From the NCBI GenBank assembly GCA_965228425.1, contig OZ245815.1:1626185-1690184 (forward strand): a stretch of DNA of 64,000 nucleotides, in the 5' to 3' direction. Below the pieces are notes generated by a model. It was not told the origin of the DNA, did no database searches, and saw only the letters and a program-made list of their open reading frames with translations. The position numbers and the translations under genes are program-made. Source of the stretch: Alphaproteobacteria bacterium (GTDB lineage: Bacteria > Pseudomonadota > Alphaproteobacteria > UBA8366). Below are positions 55,901 to 63,137 of this stretch, one piece after another (within the stretch, counting starts at the first letter, position 1; each line of letters starts with the position of its first letter).

Positions 55901-56385
55901 ATCAGGATCGCCAGAAAGGTCGCCGCCTCGATATAAGCATTGCCGAGCACCAGATCCCCGGCCGGAAGATGATCCGGCAGGATGCTGTACTTCACGGGGC
56001 CGAAGAAGGACGACTGCGCGCCCATCAGGAACAGCACCGTCATCAAGAAGGTCACGTTGTCGAAATAGAAGCCCACGGCCGCGAGCAGCATGATCGCGAT
56101 CTCGCCGGTTTTGATCACCCGGATCAGTCGGGATTTGTCGAATTTGTCGGCGAGTTGCCCCGCGGTGGCGGAAAACAAGAAGAACGGCAGAATGAACAAG
56201 CCACCGCCGGCGGCGACAAGCAAAGCGCCGTTCAAGCCCTGTTCTTGGGCGAGGCGGAAGGTGATCAGAATGAACAGCGCCTGCTTGAACAGACTATCGT
56301 TGGTCGCGCCGAGGAATTGGGTCAGGAACAGCGGCAGGAACCGCCGGCGTCTCAACAGGCCCGTGCTTTGTTGGTCCTGGGTCAT
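52930..56385 (-). CDS. trifunctional fusion: MFS lysophospholipid transporter (LplT-like) + PlsC-type acyltransferase + acyl-ACP synthetase (Aas-like)
   Basis: 1151 aa. The N-terminal ~400 aa are MFS (RRRRFLPLFLTQFLGATNDSLFKQAL). The middle holds VNHVSFLDG, an HX4D acyltransferase motif. The C-terminus has the ANL motifs TSGSEGTPKGVVLSH, YGATE and WYDTGD. Confidence 0.9.
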   Translation of the reverse strand: MTQDQQSTGLLRRRRFLPLFLTQFLGATNDSLFKQALFILITFRLAQEQGLNGALLVAAGGGLFILPFFLFSATAGQLADKFDKSRLIRVIKTGEIAIMLLAAVGFYFDNVTFLMTVLFLMGAQSSFFGPVKYSILPDHLPAGDLVLGNAYIEAATFLAILIGTIAGGLLILPEHGGLIVSVTVVVLATVGLITAFAIPSAPPPAPALKINPNVAAETWATMKYAFERRDIRLSILGISWFWLFGATYLTQLSPFTRDYLYANEQVVTLFMTLFSIGIGIGSLLCNKLLKGEISARFVPFGAIGMAIFSFDLYFASRAGVAATGDLASLTGFLAHPANWRIVVDLLLIAISGGVYIVPLYTIMQTRGDPSHRSRTIAANNILNALFMVVGAVAASAMLLSSFTIPQIFLAVACVTMVVAVYICGLLPHEMVKVFAASILRLLYRVEVKGLDHYKAAGDRAVIVVNHVSFLDGILLAAFLPGTATFAVNTHIAKQWWAKPFLAMIDAFPMDPTKPMAAKSLIKAVQSGKRCVIFPEGRITVTGSLMKVYEGPGMIADKAGAPIVPIRLDGAQFTPFSRIRDKVRSRLFPKITITVLEPRDFDIPDDIKGRARRHLAGTRLHDVMSEMIFATCDTDKSLFDALLDGRRAHGRNHAVVEDIQRRPLSYGRIVTGSLVLGRRFAKQTTRGDFVGVLLPNSSGAAVTFFALQAYGRVPAMLNYSTGIGNMVSACKTAEIDTIITSRLFVRVAKLTDAISELSEYATIVYLEDLQKSLGLFDKLSGAVSAPFARAIHRRREATADDPAVVLFTSGSEGTPKGVVLSHRNLLSNLHQLGAKVDFNPTDIVFNALPVFHSFGMTGGMLLPVLSGIKTFLYPSPLHYRIVPELVYDTNATIMFGTDTFLTGYARMAHSYDFYSVRYIFAGAEKVKDETRQIWSQKFGIRIFEGYGATETSPVLATNTPMHYRAGTVGRFLPGIRCKLEDVPGIEKGGRLMVSGPNIMLGYLRAEAPGVIEPPANGWYDTGDIVEIDLEGFVTIAGRAKRFAKIAGEMVSLTAAESHAADLWPEYQHAVVSIPDERKGEALVLITDNPDATRDDLLKDAQAKGIAELMVPKSVHVTDAVPLLGTGKIDYVGVQSLVDSLVSDTAREAVSAD

Positions 56386-56401
56386 ATCTGCCTCCGAGCG
56401 C

Positions 56402-57391
56402 TTAGCGCTGGACCGGATCGGCGCTGTTCAGGAAACGTCCGTCGCGAAGAAAGCTGATCGTCGCATCGATCGTCTGAGGGTGGTCGTCCATCAGACCGTG
56501 GGTCGTTCGCACCAGCATGAAATCGCGCGCGCCGTCGAGGTGGGTTTCCTCGACCGCGACGAACCCGTCGTCGTCGCCCGGAAGGAGCGGATTGAATCCG
56601 ATATCGTTGCCGCGGCCGCCGGCGATGATGCCGAACTCCACCTCGGGAACCGGAAGTTGGCTGGCGGTATCCGGGTTCAAATTCTGTCCGGACTGGCCGG
56701 TCAGCCAACGATAGGCGGGTAATCCGGATAAACGGGCCGCCAGGCGTGATCCTTGGTTCGGCGGCGCGATCATGACGATGCGTCGAACCTTAATATGGTC
56801 GCGCCATGCCCCATCGCGGGAAAGTAGCTCCCGAACGACCAGCGCGCCCATGCTGTGCGTCACGAAAGAGATCGACTCGATTTGATCGAGGGAGGAGACG
56901 ATATTCTCCAGACTGTCCGCATGCTCCGATACGCTTTGACGCGTGCTGGGATAGTTGATGCTTGCGGTCTCATAGCCCGCGCTGCGTAGCGCGTCTTCCA
57001 TTTCGCGGAACGCGCCAGCCGACCGGCCGAGACCATGGACCAGGATGACCAGGTGGCCGTTGCGTGGTTGGATCGCCTTGCGTTGCCGGTACCGATCGAA
57101 AAAGGCGTGACAATGGGCGTAGCTGCCCCAGGCGCGGCGAAAGTTGTTCGGATCGAGCAGCCGGTGATGGCCCGTATAGTAATTGCGCTGAATGCGCCAG
57201 CCGGCGCAGACGAATTGATCCGCCCAAATCTGTTTTCCGCCGAACGTTGGGAAGGGCACGTTTATCGGCGGCACGCTACCGTCGATTGGAAACGCGGTCA
57301 GCCGGTTACGCGTCCGGGGCCGGATCGCGAAGCGCTGCAGCAATGGGCGCGCCGCCGTGGATTCACCCTGTGCGATATCGCGCTTACGCAT
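56402..57391 (-). CDS. alpha/beta-fold hydrolase (lipase/esterase-like)
   Basis: LVILVHGLGRS, the nucleophile elbow THSMG, later GDDDGFV and THGLM (candidate Asp/His). An N-terminal ~100-aa region has no assignment. The start overlaps the TetR stop by 8 nt. Confidence 0.7.
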   Translation of the reverse strand: MRKRDIAQGESTAARPLLQRFAIRPRTRNRLTAFPIDGSVPPINVPFPTFGGKQIWADQFVCAGWRIQRNYYTGHHRLLDPNNFRRAWGSYAHCHAFFDRYRQRKAIQPRNGHLVILVHGLGRSAGAFREMEDALRSAGYETASINYPSTRQSVSEHADSLENIVSSLDQIESISFVTHSMGALVVRELLSRDGAWRDHIKVRRIVMIAPPNQGSRLAARLSGLPAYRWLTGQSGQNLNPDTASQLPVPEVEFGIIAGGRGNDIGFNPLLPGDDDGFVAVEETHLDGARDFMLVRTTHGLMDDHPQTIDATISFLRDGRFLNSADPVQR

Positions 57392-58007
57392 TGGCCGGCC
57401 GCTTCCCGGCGCGGGTACGAAGGCCGGACAAATAGTTTGAAATAAGGGACTCCGCCATTTCCGGTACCGATTGGGCGCTGATCAAGGTGAGCCGGCCGTC
57501 CCGGGCCAGCGTGCAGATACCATGCAGGCTCGACCAGAGGACGCCGGCGGCCTGGCTCAGTTCGTGCTCCTCGCCGTCGGCGAAGAGCGGCGCCAGCGCT
57601 TCTTCGACCTGTTGCATCAGCGATTGGACCCGGCGCAGATACCACTCGGGTAATTCATTCTCCGGCGGCAGCCGGAAATCGAAGATGGCCGTCCACAAGG
57701 CCGGATTCGCGTTCAGGAAGTCGAGATACCGATGCAGCATCGTGCGCAGGTCTTGTTCCGGGTCGCCCGTCCGCGGCCGTTCGGAGACCGTTGCGTGCAA
57801 CGCGTCGAGCGTCGACGCGTTGATGTGCAACGCCAGTTCGTCCAGATTTTCGAACAGGTTGTAGAGCGTGCCGGGCGAATAGCCGATTGCCGTCGCAATG
57901 TTGCGCGCGGTCAGGCCGCGCAGCCCGTCCCGTTCCACGATATCGCGCGCCGCGTCCAATACCATTGCATAGAGTTCTTCGCGGCTGTGGTCTGATCTTC
58001 GTGCCAT
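57384..58007 (-). CDS. TetR/AcrR-family transcriptional regulator
   Basis: HTH LTARNIATAIGYSPGTLYNLF. ATG 58007; the upstream 44 codons of the track ORF lie in AT-rich promoter DNA. Confidence 0.85.
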   Translation of the reverse strand: MARRSDHSREELYAMVLDAARDIVERDGLRGLTARNIATAIGYSPGTLYNLFENLDELALHINASTLDALHATVSERPRTGDPEQDLRTMLHRYLDFLNANPALWTAIFDFRLPPENELPEWYLRRVQSLMQQVEEALAPLFADGEEHELSQAAGVLWSSLHGICTLARDGRLTLISAQSVPEMAESLISNYLSGLRTRAGKRPANA

Positions 58008-58046
58008 TCGTTGATGTTGTCCGTTGGGTGAGTTTCGACTGTGTAC

Positions 58047-58075
58047 TATATAAATTGAACAATGTTTATTTTCAA
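58047..58075 (-). promoter_or_regulatory. near-consensus sigma-70-like promoter TTGAAA-17 nt-TATATA upstream of the TetR operon, overlapped by inverted repeat TTGAA-N11-TTCAA (58055-58075)
   Basis: On the minus strand, -35 is at 58075-58070 and -10 at 58052-58047. The inverted repeat spans the -35 and spacer, a typical arrangement for TetR autoregulation. Confidence 0.4.
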
Positions 58076-58198
58076 GGATTGATTGAAAGATTCGGTGTGG
58101 CAGACCGGAGAAGAGATAGGGCATCGAGTGCGAAATCAACGGACTTTTCTGCGGTTCTTGCTGAATTCGAAGGTGCCATGGAGCATGTTAAACCGGCG

Positions 58199-58702
58199 TT
58201 AACGCTGGGCGTTGATTTGGGCAACCCAGTCAAGCAATTCTTCCTCTTTCTCGCGCAGAAGCCGGTCTTTGCCGTGCTTGAAGTCCCGAAAGGCCTGGTA
58301 AAAAGCGATTGTCCTAACTTTGCCCCGGTTCGGGACTAGAATTGCGACGGGATTGAATTCCCGGCCGCCGCACCACTGTTCCCAAACTTTCGCTTCCAAT
58401 GGTTTACCGCGTTTCCAATCGGCTCGCTTGGAGTAGTTCAGCGTGATCGCATGGGGTGAAATCCTCGGAAGAATCTCCTTCTCGATATAGTCCTGCCAAT
58501 TGGGGCTTTCTGAATACACGAATAGGATTGTCTTACCCGTTCGCCCCCATTTTCGCCGAAACCTGCTCCGCAGCCAGGTTCCCCTCAGCTGATTGAATAC
58601 GCCACAAAGGGCGAGGTACGGCAGCGCGATGATCAGAATGAGGAGAACCAGGGGGGACAGAACGATCCATATGGCGACTTTTTTCGCGCTATTGCCGATC
58701 AT
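58199..58702 (-). CDS. hypothetical membrane-anchored protein (no family recognised)
   Basis: 167 aa with one N-terminal TM helix (VAIWIVLSPLVLLILIIALPYLALCG) followed by a basic stretch and a ~110-aa soluble domain. AGGAAG RBS 6 nt before the ATG. GC is visibly lower than in neighbouring genes. Confidence 0.55.
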   Translation of the reverse strand: MIGNSAKKVAIWIVLSPLVLLILIIALPYLALCGVFNQLRGTWLRSRFRRKWGRTGKTILFVYSESPNWQDYIEKEILPRISPHAITLNYSKRADWKRGKPLEAKVWEQWCGGREFNPVAILVPNRGKVRTIAFYQAFRDFKHGKDRLLREKEEELLDWVAQINAQR

Positions 58703-58769
58703 CGACTGCTTCCTGTCCTAAAGCATGCTCATCGGCTGACGAAAAATTTTGCTTTCGGCTTCAAGGTGG

Positions 58770-59576
58770 CTAAATCCGCTCGCCACCTTGGAGCGGCGCG
58801 AACCGGACCGGGAGGATGTCTTTTTGCGAGATCGCGCCGTTCGCGCTTTTGGTCACGAGTTTCAGCACCTGTCCCTGATCCAGCGGTCCGACCGGCACCA
58901 CCATGCGGCCACCGGGCTTCATCTGGTTGAGCAAGGGCGGCGGGATGTGGTGAACCGCCTCTTTGACGATGATCACGTCGAACGGGCCCTTTTCCGGCCA
59001 GCCGTAATATCCGTCGCCCGCTTTTACCTGAACCTTGTCGATGCCCATTTCCTTGAGGCGCTCGGCGGCGGACTGGGCGAGGGGCCGGACCACTTCGACG
59101 CTGTACACCGACGCCGCCAATTCGGCGAGGATCGCTGCTTGATATCCGGCGCCGGTGCCGGTTTCGAAGACGACATCGGTTTTCTGCACTTGGGCGATAT
59201 GGGTCATGAGCGCGATCAGAAAGGGCTGGGAAATTTTCTGTTTGTGGCCGAGCGGTAACGGGACATCGAGATAGGCGAATTTTCGCAGCGGCTCCGGCAC
59301 GAATTCGTGGCGCGGAATTCTGCCCATGACGTCCATCACCGTGTCGTCGATCGCCGGTACCCCGGTTTGAAACGCGGTGGCCTTGGTATGGTCCCGGATC
59401 GAATCGAGCAAGACCATCCGCATGGCGCCGTAATCGCTCAGATCGACGATCGCGTCACGGCGGCTGGGCTCGGCCATCCCGCAGGCGGGCAGGGCCAGAA
59501 GGAAACAGAGTGCCGTCGCGAAAACCCCATGCATGATGGAACGATATCCCGAAAATGGGGAACCGTATAGCCGCAA
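58770..59576 (-). CDS. pcm: protein-L-isoaspartate O-methyltransferase with N-terminal signal peptide
   Basis: IPRHEFVPE, DVPLPLGHKQKISQPFL, VFETGTGAGYQAAILAEL and GGRMVVPVG are Pcm signatures. A hydrophobic leader (FATALCFLLALPACG) precedes the domain. The start is TTG 59576 or ATG 59534. Confidence 0.85.
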   Translation of the reverse strand: MRLYGSPFSGYRSIMHGVFATALCFLLALPACGMAEPSRRDAIVDLSDYGAMRMVLLDSIRDHTKATAFQTGVPAIDDTVMDVMGRIPRHEFVPEPLRKFAYLDVPLPLGHKQKISQPFLIALMTHIAQVQKTDVVFETGTGAGYQAAILAELAASVYSVEVVRPLAQSAAERLKEMGIDKVQVKAGDGYYGWPEKGPFDVIIVKEAVHHIPPPLLNQMKPGGRMVVPVGPLDQGQVLKLVTKSANGAISQKDILPVRFAPLQGGERI

Positions 59577-59837
59577 GAAACGGTGCTTTATTTTCTATCC
59601 ATCCGCATCGGATTCGCTCGATTTCCCGGCGTCGTTGGCAATGAACGAACGGACGGCGGCTTCGACATCGGGCGCGCCCGGCAACATGCGAATGGAACCG
59701 TCCGGCCGCCGGACGGCAATCAGCCCCGTCGCCTCGATGACCGCATATTGGTAGCCGTCGATTTCCCCTGCATGCATGCGGACGAGTATACACAAGAGGC
59801 GTATGCTGGACGCCACGTTAGACAATGGGAGGAATGA

Positions 59838-60704
59838 ATGCGGCTGCTCGCTTTTGATAAATCTGGAACACCGACCTTGGGTGTCCGCCGCGGGGATGAG
59901 GTGGTGGATCTCTCCATTGCGAATGGCGATCTGCCGCCGGACGTGCCGGGTCTGCTGTCCGCGGGGTCCGATGCGATCAACGCCGTGCGCGCGGCTGCCG
60001 ACAGTCCGACGGCAGGATCGGTGCTGCCGTCGTCGGGACTCGTCTACCACCCGCCGGTCTGGAATCCGGGCAAGATCATCTGTGTCGGCCTGAACTATGC
60101 GGATCACGCGGCGGAAGCAAGTTTGGAAAAACCCGAATATCCCGTCCTTTTCCTTCGTGTCGCGACGACCTTGGTCGGTCACGAACAGCCGTTGATCGCA
60201 CCGTCCTGTTCCGAGCAGCTCGACTACGAAGCGGAAATGGTTCTGGTCATCGGCAAGGCGGGCCGGCATATCGGCGCGTCCGATGCGCTGGACCACATTG
60301 CCGCTTATTCCGTCTTCAACGAGGGCTCGGTGCGCGACTATCAGTTCAAATCGCAGACCTGGACGTCGGGTAAGAATTTCGATGGCAGCGGCGGGTTCGG
60401 GCCGGACCTGGTGACCGCCGATGAGGTGCCGCCCGGCGGGAAAGGCCTGCGCGTTCAGACCCGCCTGAACGGCGAGACTCTGCAAGACGCCAATACCGAC
60501 GACATGATGTTCGACGTGCCGGAGCTTATCGAAACGATCTCCGAGGTCATGACGTTGCAACCCGGCGACGTCATCGTGTCCGGAACACCCTCCGGTGTCG
60601 GATTCGCGCGTAAGCCGCCGATCTGGATGAAGCCGGGCGACACCTGTGAGGTCGAAGTCGAGCAGGTCGGGTTGTTGAGCAACCCGATTGTCGCGGAGTC
60701 CTGA
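59838..60704 (+). CDS. fumarylacetoacetate hydrolase (FAH) family protein
   Basis: KIICVGLNYADHAAE, DYEAEMVLVIGK and GDVIVSGTPSGVG. Confidence 0.85.
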   Translation: MRLLAFDKSGTPTLGVRRGDEVVDLSIANGDLPPDVPGLLSAGSDAINAVRAAADSPTAGSVLPSSGLVYHPPVWNPGKIICVGLNYADHAAEASLEKPEYPVLFLRVATTLVGHEQPLIAPSCSEQLDYEAEMVLVIGKAGRHIGASDALDHIAAYSVFNEGSVRDYQFKSQTWTSGKNFDGSGGFGPDLVTADEVPPGGKGLRVQTRLNGETLQDANTDDMMFDVPELIETISEVMTLQPGDVIVSGTPSGVGFARKPPIWMKPGDTCEVEVEQVGLLSNPIVAES

Positions 60705-60715
60705 TCCCGGCGGCG

Positions 60716-61720
60716 TTAGCCGCGGAGTGACTGAAGCTCGTGGAACAGCTCCTGCGGCAGGTCGACGCCGTTCTTTTCGGCTTCGTCCCGAATTTCGAAA
60801 CGTCGGACGCCGGGAAGCCGCGTGCCCGGCTGGTCGAGGATCGCCCGCATCAGGTTTTCCATCCGCGGCGCGAAGGTCCGGCGTGACAGCGGGCCCGGGT
60901 CGATTGCGATGATCAGCTGGCCCACGTTGGGCGCATCGCCTTCGCCGGTGAAGAAGGAACTCGCTTCGTAGCCGAACTGCGATCCGGAAAGCGCGGCGGC
61001 GAGGATTTCGACCATCAGGACAAGTTGCGCGCCCTTGGCGTCCCCCATCGGCAGCATGGTGCCGTCAAGTGCTGCCTGCGGGTCGGTCGTAGGATTGCCG
61101 TCTTTGTCGACGGCCCATCCCTCCGGGATGGACTCGCCTTTTTGGGCGGCGACATTGACCTTGCCGCGCGCGACCTTGCTTAGGCTCATGTCGACGACGA
61201 GCGGTTTTTTCTTGTTGCGCGGTGCGGCGAAGGCGATGGGGTTTGTCCCAAACAGCCCTGTACTCCCTCCCCAGGGCGCTATGCCTTGCGGTCCGTTTGC
61301 GAAACTCAATCCGATCAGCCCCTTTTGCGCCAGCGGCTCGACCTGATGGCCAGCGACGCCGGAATGATGCGAGTTGGCGATCGATACAGCCGCAATACCG
61401 GTTTCACTGACCAGTTCGGAAACCGCTTCGATGGCAAGGTTGAGGGCCGGATAGGCGAAGCCGCTACGGGCGTCCACCCGAAGGGCCGCTGCCGCCACTT
61501 TTGTCAGGTTCGGTGCGGCGTGGCCATTGACCTTGCCGCTTTTCGACTGCGCCGCATAGGACGGTATGCGGGATGCGCCGTGTCCCTTTTGTCCATCGGC
61601 TTCCGCGGCGGTGAGGGCGTTCGCAACCTGTTCGGCGTTCACCTCGTTAGTGTTGTGCGCAATGAGTATTTCCTTCGCCAGGTCGTTTAATGCCTGAAGC
61701 GATAGATTGACGGTGCTCAT
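60716..61720 (-). CDS. Ldh_2-family (malate/L-lactate/sulfolactate dehydrogenase type 2) oxidoreductase
   Basis: AEADGQKGHGASRIPSY, NSHHSGVAG and PWGGS. Confidence 0.8.
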   Translation of the reverse strand: MSTVNLSLQALNDLAKEILIAHNTNEVNAEQVANALTAAEADGQKGHGASRIPSYAAQSKSGKVNGHAAPNLTKVAAAALRVDARSGFAYPALNLAIEAVSELVSETGIAAVSIANSHHSGVAGHQVEPLAQKGLIGLSFANGPQGIAPWGGSTGLFGTNPIAFAAPRNKKKPLVVDMSLSKVARGKVNVAAQKGESIPEGWAVDKDGNPTTDPQAALDGTMLPMGDAKGAQLVLMVEILAAALSGSQFGYEASSFFTGEGDAPNVGQLIIAIDPGPLSRRTFAPRMENLMRAILDQPGTRLPGVRRFEIRDEAEKNGVDLPQELFHELQSLRG

Positions 61721-61934
61721 GATTTTTCATCCCAGACGTTGCGGACATTCGCAGTTCCGACACTGCTTGTCCGTTCGTTTACTTCTTCGATTTCGCCGGC
61801 ATTGGCTTCTGTCGATGGGAGGCGTGCCGGCAAATGCCGCCGTCCCGGTTGTTTCATTGGCTTTGGTTCGGCGTTCCTACAATCGACGTTTTTGTGTCGC
61901 GGCGACGCTCGATATTTTCTGCATTGGTCATTGG

Positions 61935-63104
61935 TTAGGCCTCGCCCAACGGTTTGAGGATGTCATAAAGATCCGATTTTTGTTCGACCCCAAGACCCGG
62001 GGCGTCGGGCGGGGTGGTCACGCCATCTTCGATGACTGCGTCGTCGGTAAAGCCGCCGTATGGCTGGAAGACCAGCGGATAGGATTCCGTCCCGCCTAGT
62101 TCCAGTCCCGCGGCGAGGTGAAGCCCCAGCAAATGGCCGCCATGAGGTACATGTCGCTCCGGAGCCCATCCGAGCGGCTTCAAAGCGCCAACCGCGGTGA
62201 TGAATTCCGTGGCGCCGTAGGCCAAAGCCGGGTCGAGTTGAATCCAATCGAGTTCCGGGCGCAGGCCGCCGTAGAGCGCAAGATTCTTGGCGTCCTGGAC
62301 CGAGAATAGATTCTCGCCGGTTGCCACCGACTGCCCGTAATGTTGGGTAAGTTGCGCATTCAGCGCGAAGTCCAGCGGATCACCCGGCTCCTCGAACCAA
62401 GCCAGCCGATATGGTTCCATCGCTTCGCCGAATGTCAGCGCAGTCTCCAGGTCGAAGCGTCCATTCGCGTCCACCGCCAAATTTTCGCCGGACCCGACGA
62501 TTTCAAGCGCGGCTTCGATGCGTCGGCGGTCGGTGTCGAGGTCGGCGCCGCCGATCTTCATCTTGCAGAGGCGGTAGCCCTGCGCTTGGTAGGACCGCAT
62601 CTCGTCCTGCAGCTGTTCGATCTCGCGGCCGGGATAGTAATACCCGCCGCCCGGATAGACGGGGACCGATGCCTTATAGCGGCCTTCGTTGAAGCGTTCC
62701 GAAAAAACCCGCCAAAGAGGTTTTTCCTCGATCTTTGCGACGGCGTCCCATATCGCCATGTCGACGCCGGCGGCCGCAACCGCTCGGTCGCCGTGACCCC
62801 CGGGCTTCTCGTTCTGCATCATGCAGGCTTGGACGCGGAAGGGATCGAAGTTTTCGTGGTTCTCGTCGAGCAGCGTGTCCGGCTCGGCTTCGAGCAGGCG
62901 GGGGATCAGGCGCTCCCGCAAGATGCCACCCTGCGCATACCGCCCGTTCGATCCACAGCCGTAGCCGATGATAGGTTTTCCGTCGCGAACCACATCAGTC
63001 ACGACCGCGACGATGCCGACCGTCATACGCGAGAAATCGATGACGGCGTTCCGCATGTTCGATTGCAGTTTCGCCGTCGTCTCGCGGATGTCTTTGATTT
63101 TCAT
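61935..63104 (-). CDS. enolase-superfamily (mandelate racemase subgroup) dehydratase, D-tartrate-dehydratase-like
   Basis: KMKIGG (KxK), AVDANG, FEEPG, ATGENL and PHGGH give the MR-type ligand/base pattern. The N-terminus NAVIDFSRMTVGIVAVVTDVVRDGKPIIGYG closely resembles my recollection of Bradyrhizobium D-tartrate dehydratase. Confidence 0.75.
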   Translation of the reverse strand: MKIKDIRETTAKLQSNMRNAVIDFSRMTVGIVAVVTDVVRDGKPIIGYGCGSNGRYAQGGILRERLIPRLLEAEPDTLLDENHENFDPFRVQACMMQNEKPGGHGDRAVAAAGVDMAIWDAVAKIEEKPLWRVFSERFNEGRYKASVPVYPGGGYYYPGREIEQLQDEMRSYQAQGYRLCKMKIGGADLDTDRRRIEAALEIVGSGENLAVDANGRFDLETALTFGEAMEPYRLAWFEEPGDPLDFALNAQLTQHYGQSVATGENLFSVQDAKNLALYGGLRPELDWIQLDPALAYGATEFITAVGALKPLGWAPERHVPHGGHLLGLHLAAGLELGGTESYPLVFQPYGGFTDDAVIEDGVTTPPDAPGLGVEQKSDLYDILKPLGEA

Positions 63105-63137
63105 GGCGCTCCTTCGTCTTTCTTATTCTTGCGGAGG

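Noticed and set aside
58008-58770. Calling the low-GC islet a mobile element or genomic island
   Set aside because: There is no integrase or transposase, no flanking direct or inverted repeats that I could find, and no tRNA target. Part of the AT-richness is simply promoter DNA.
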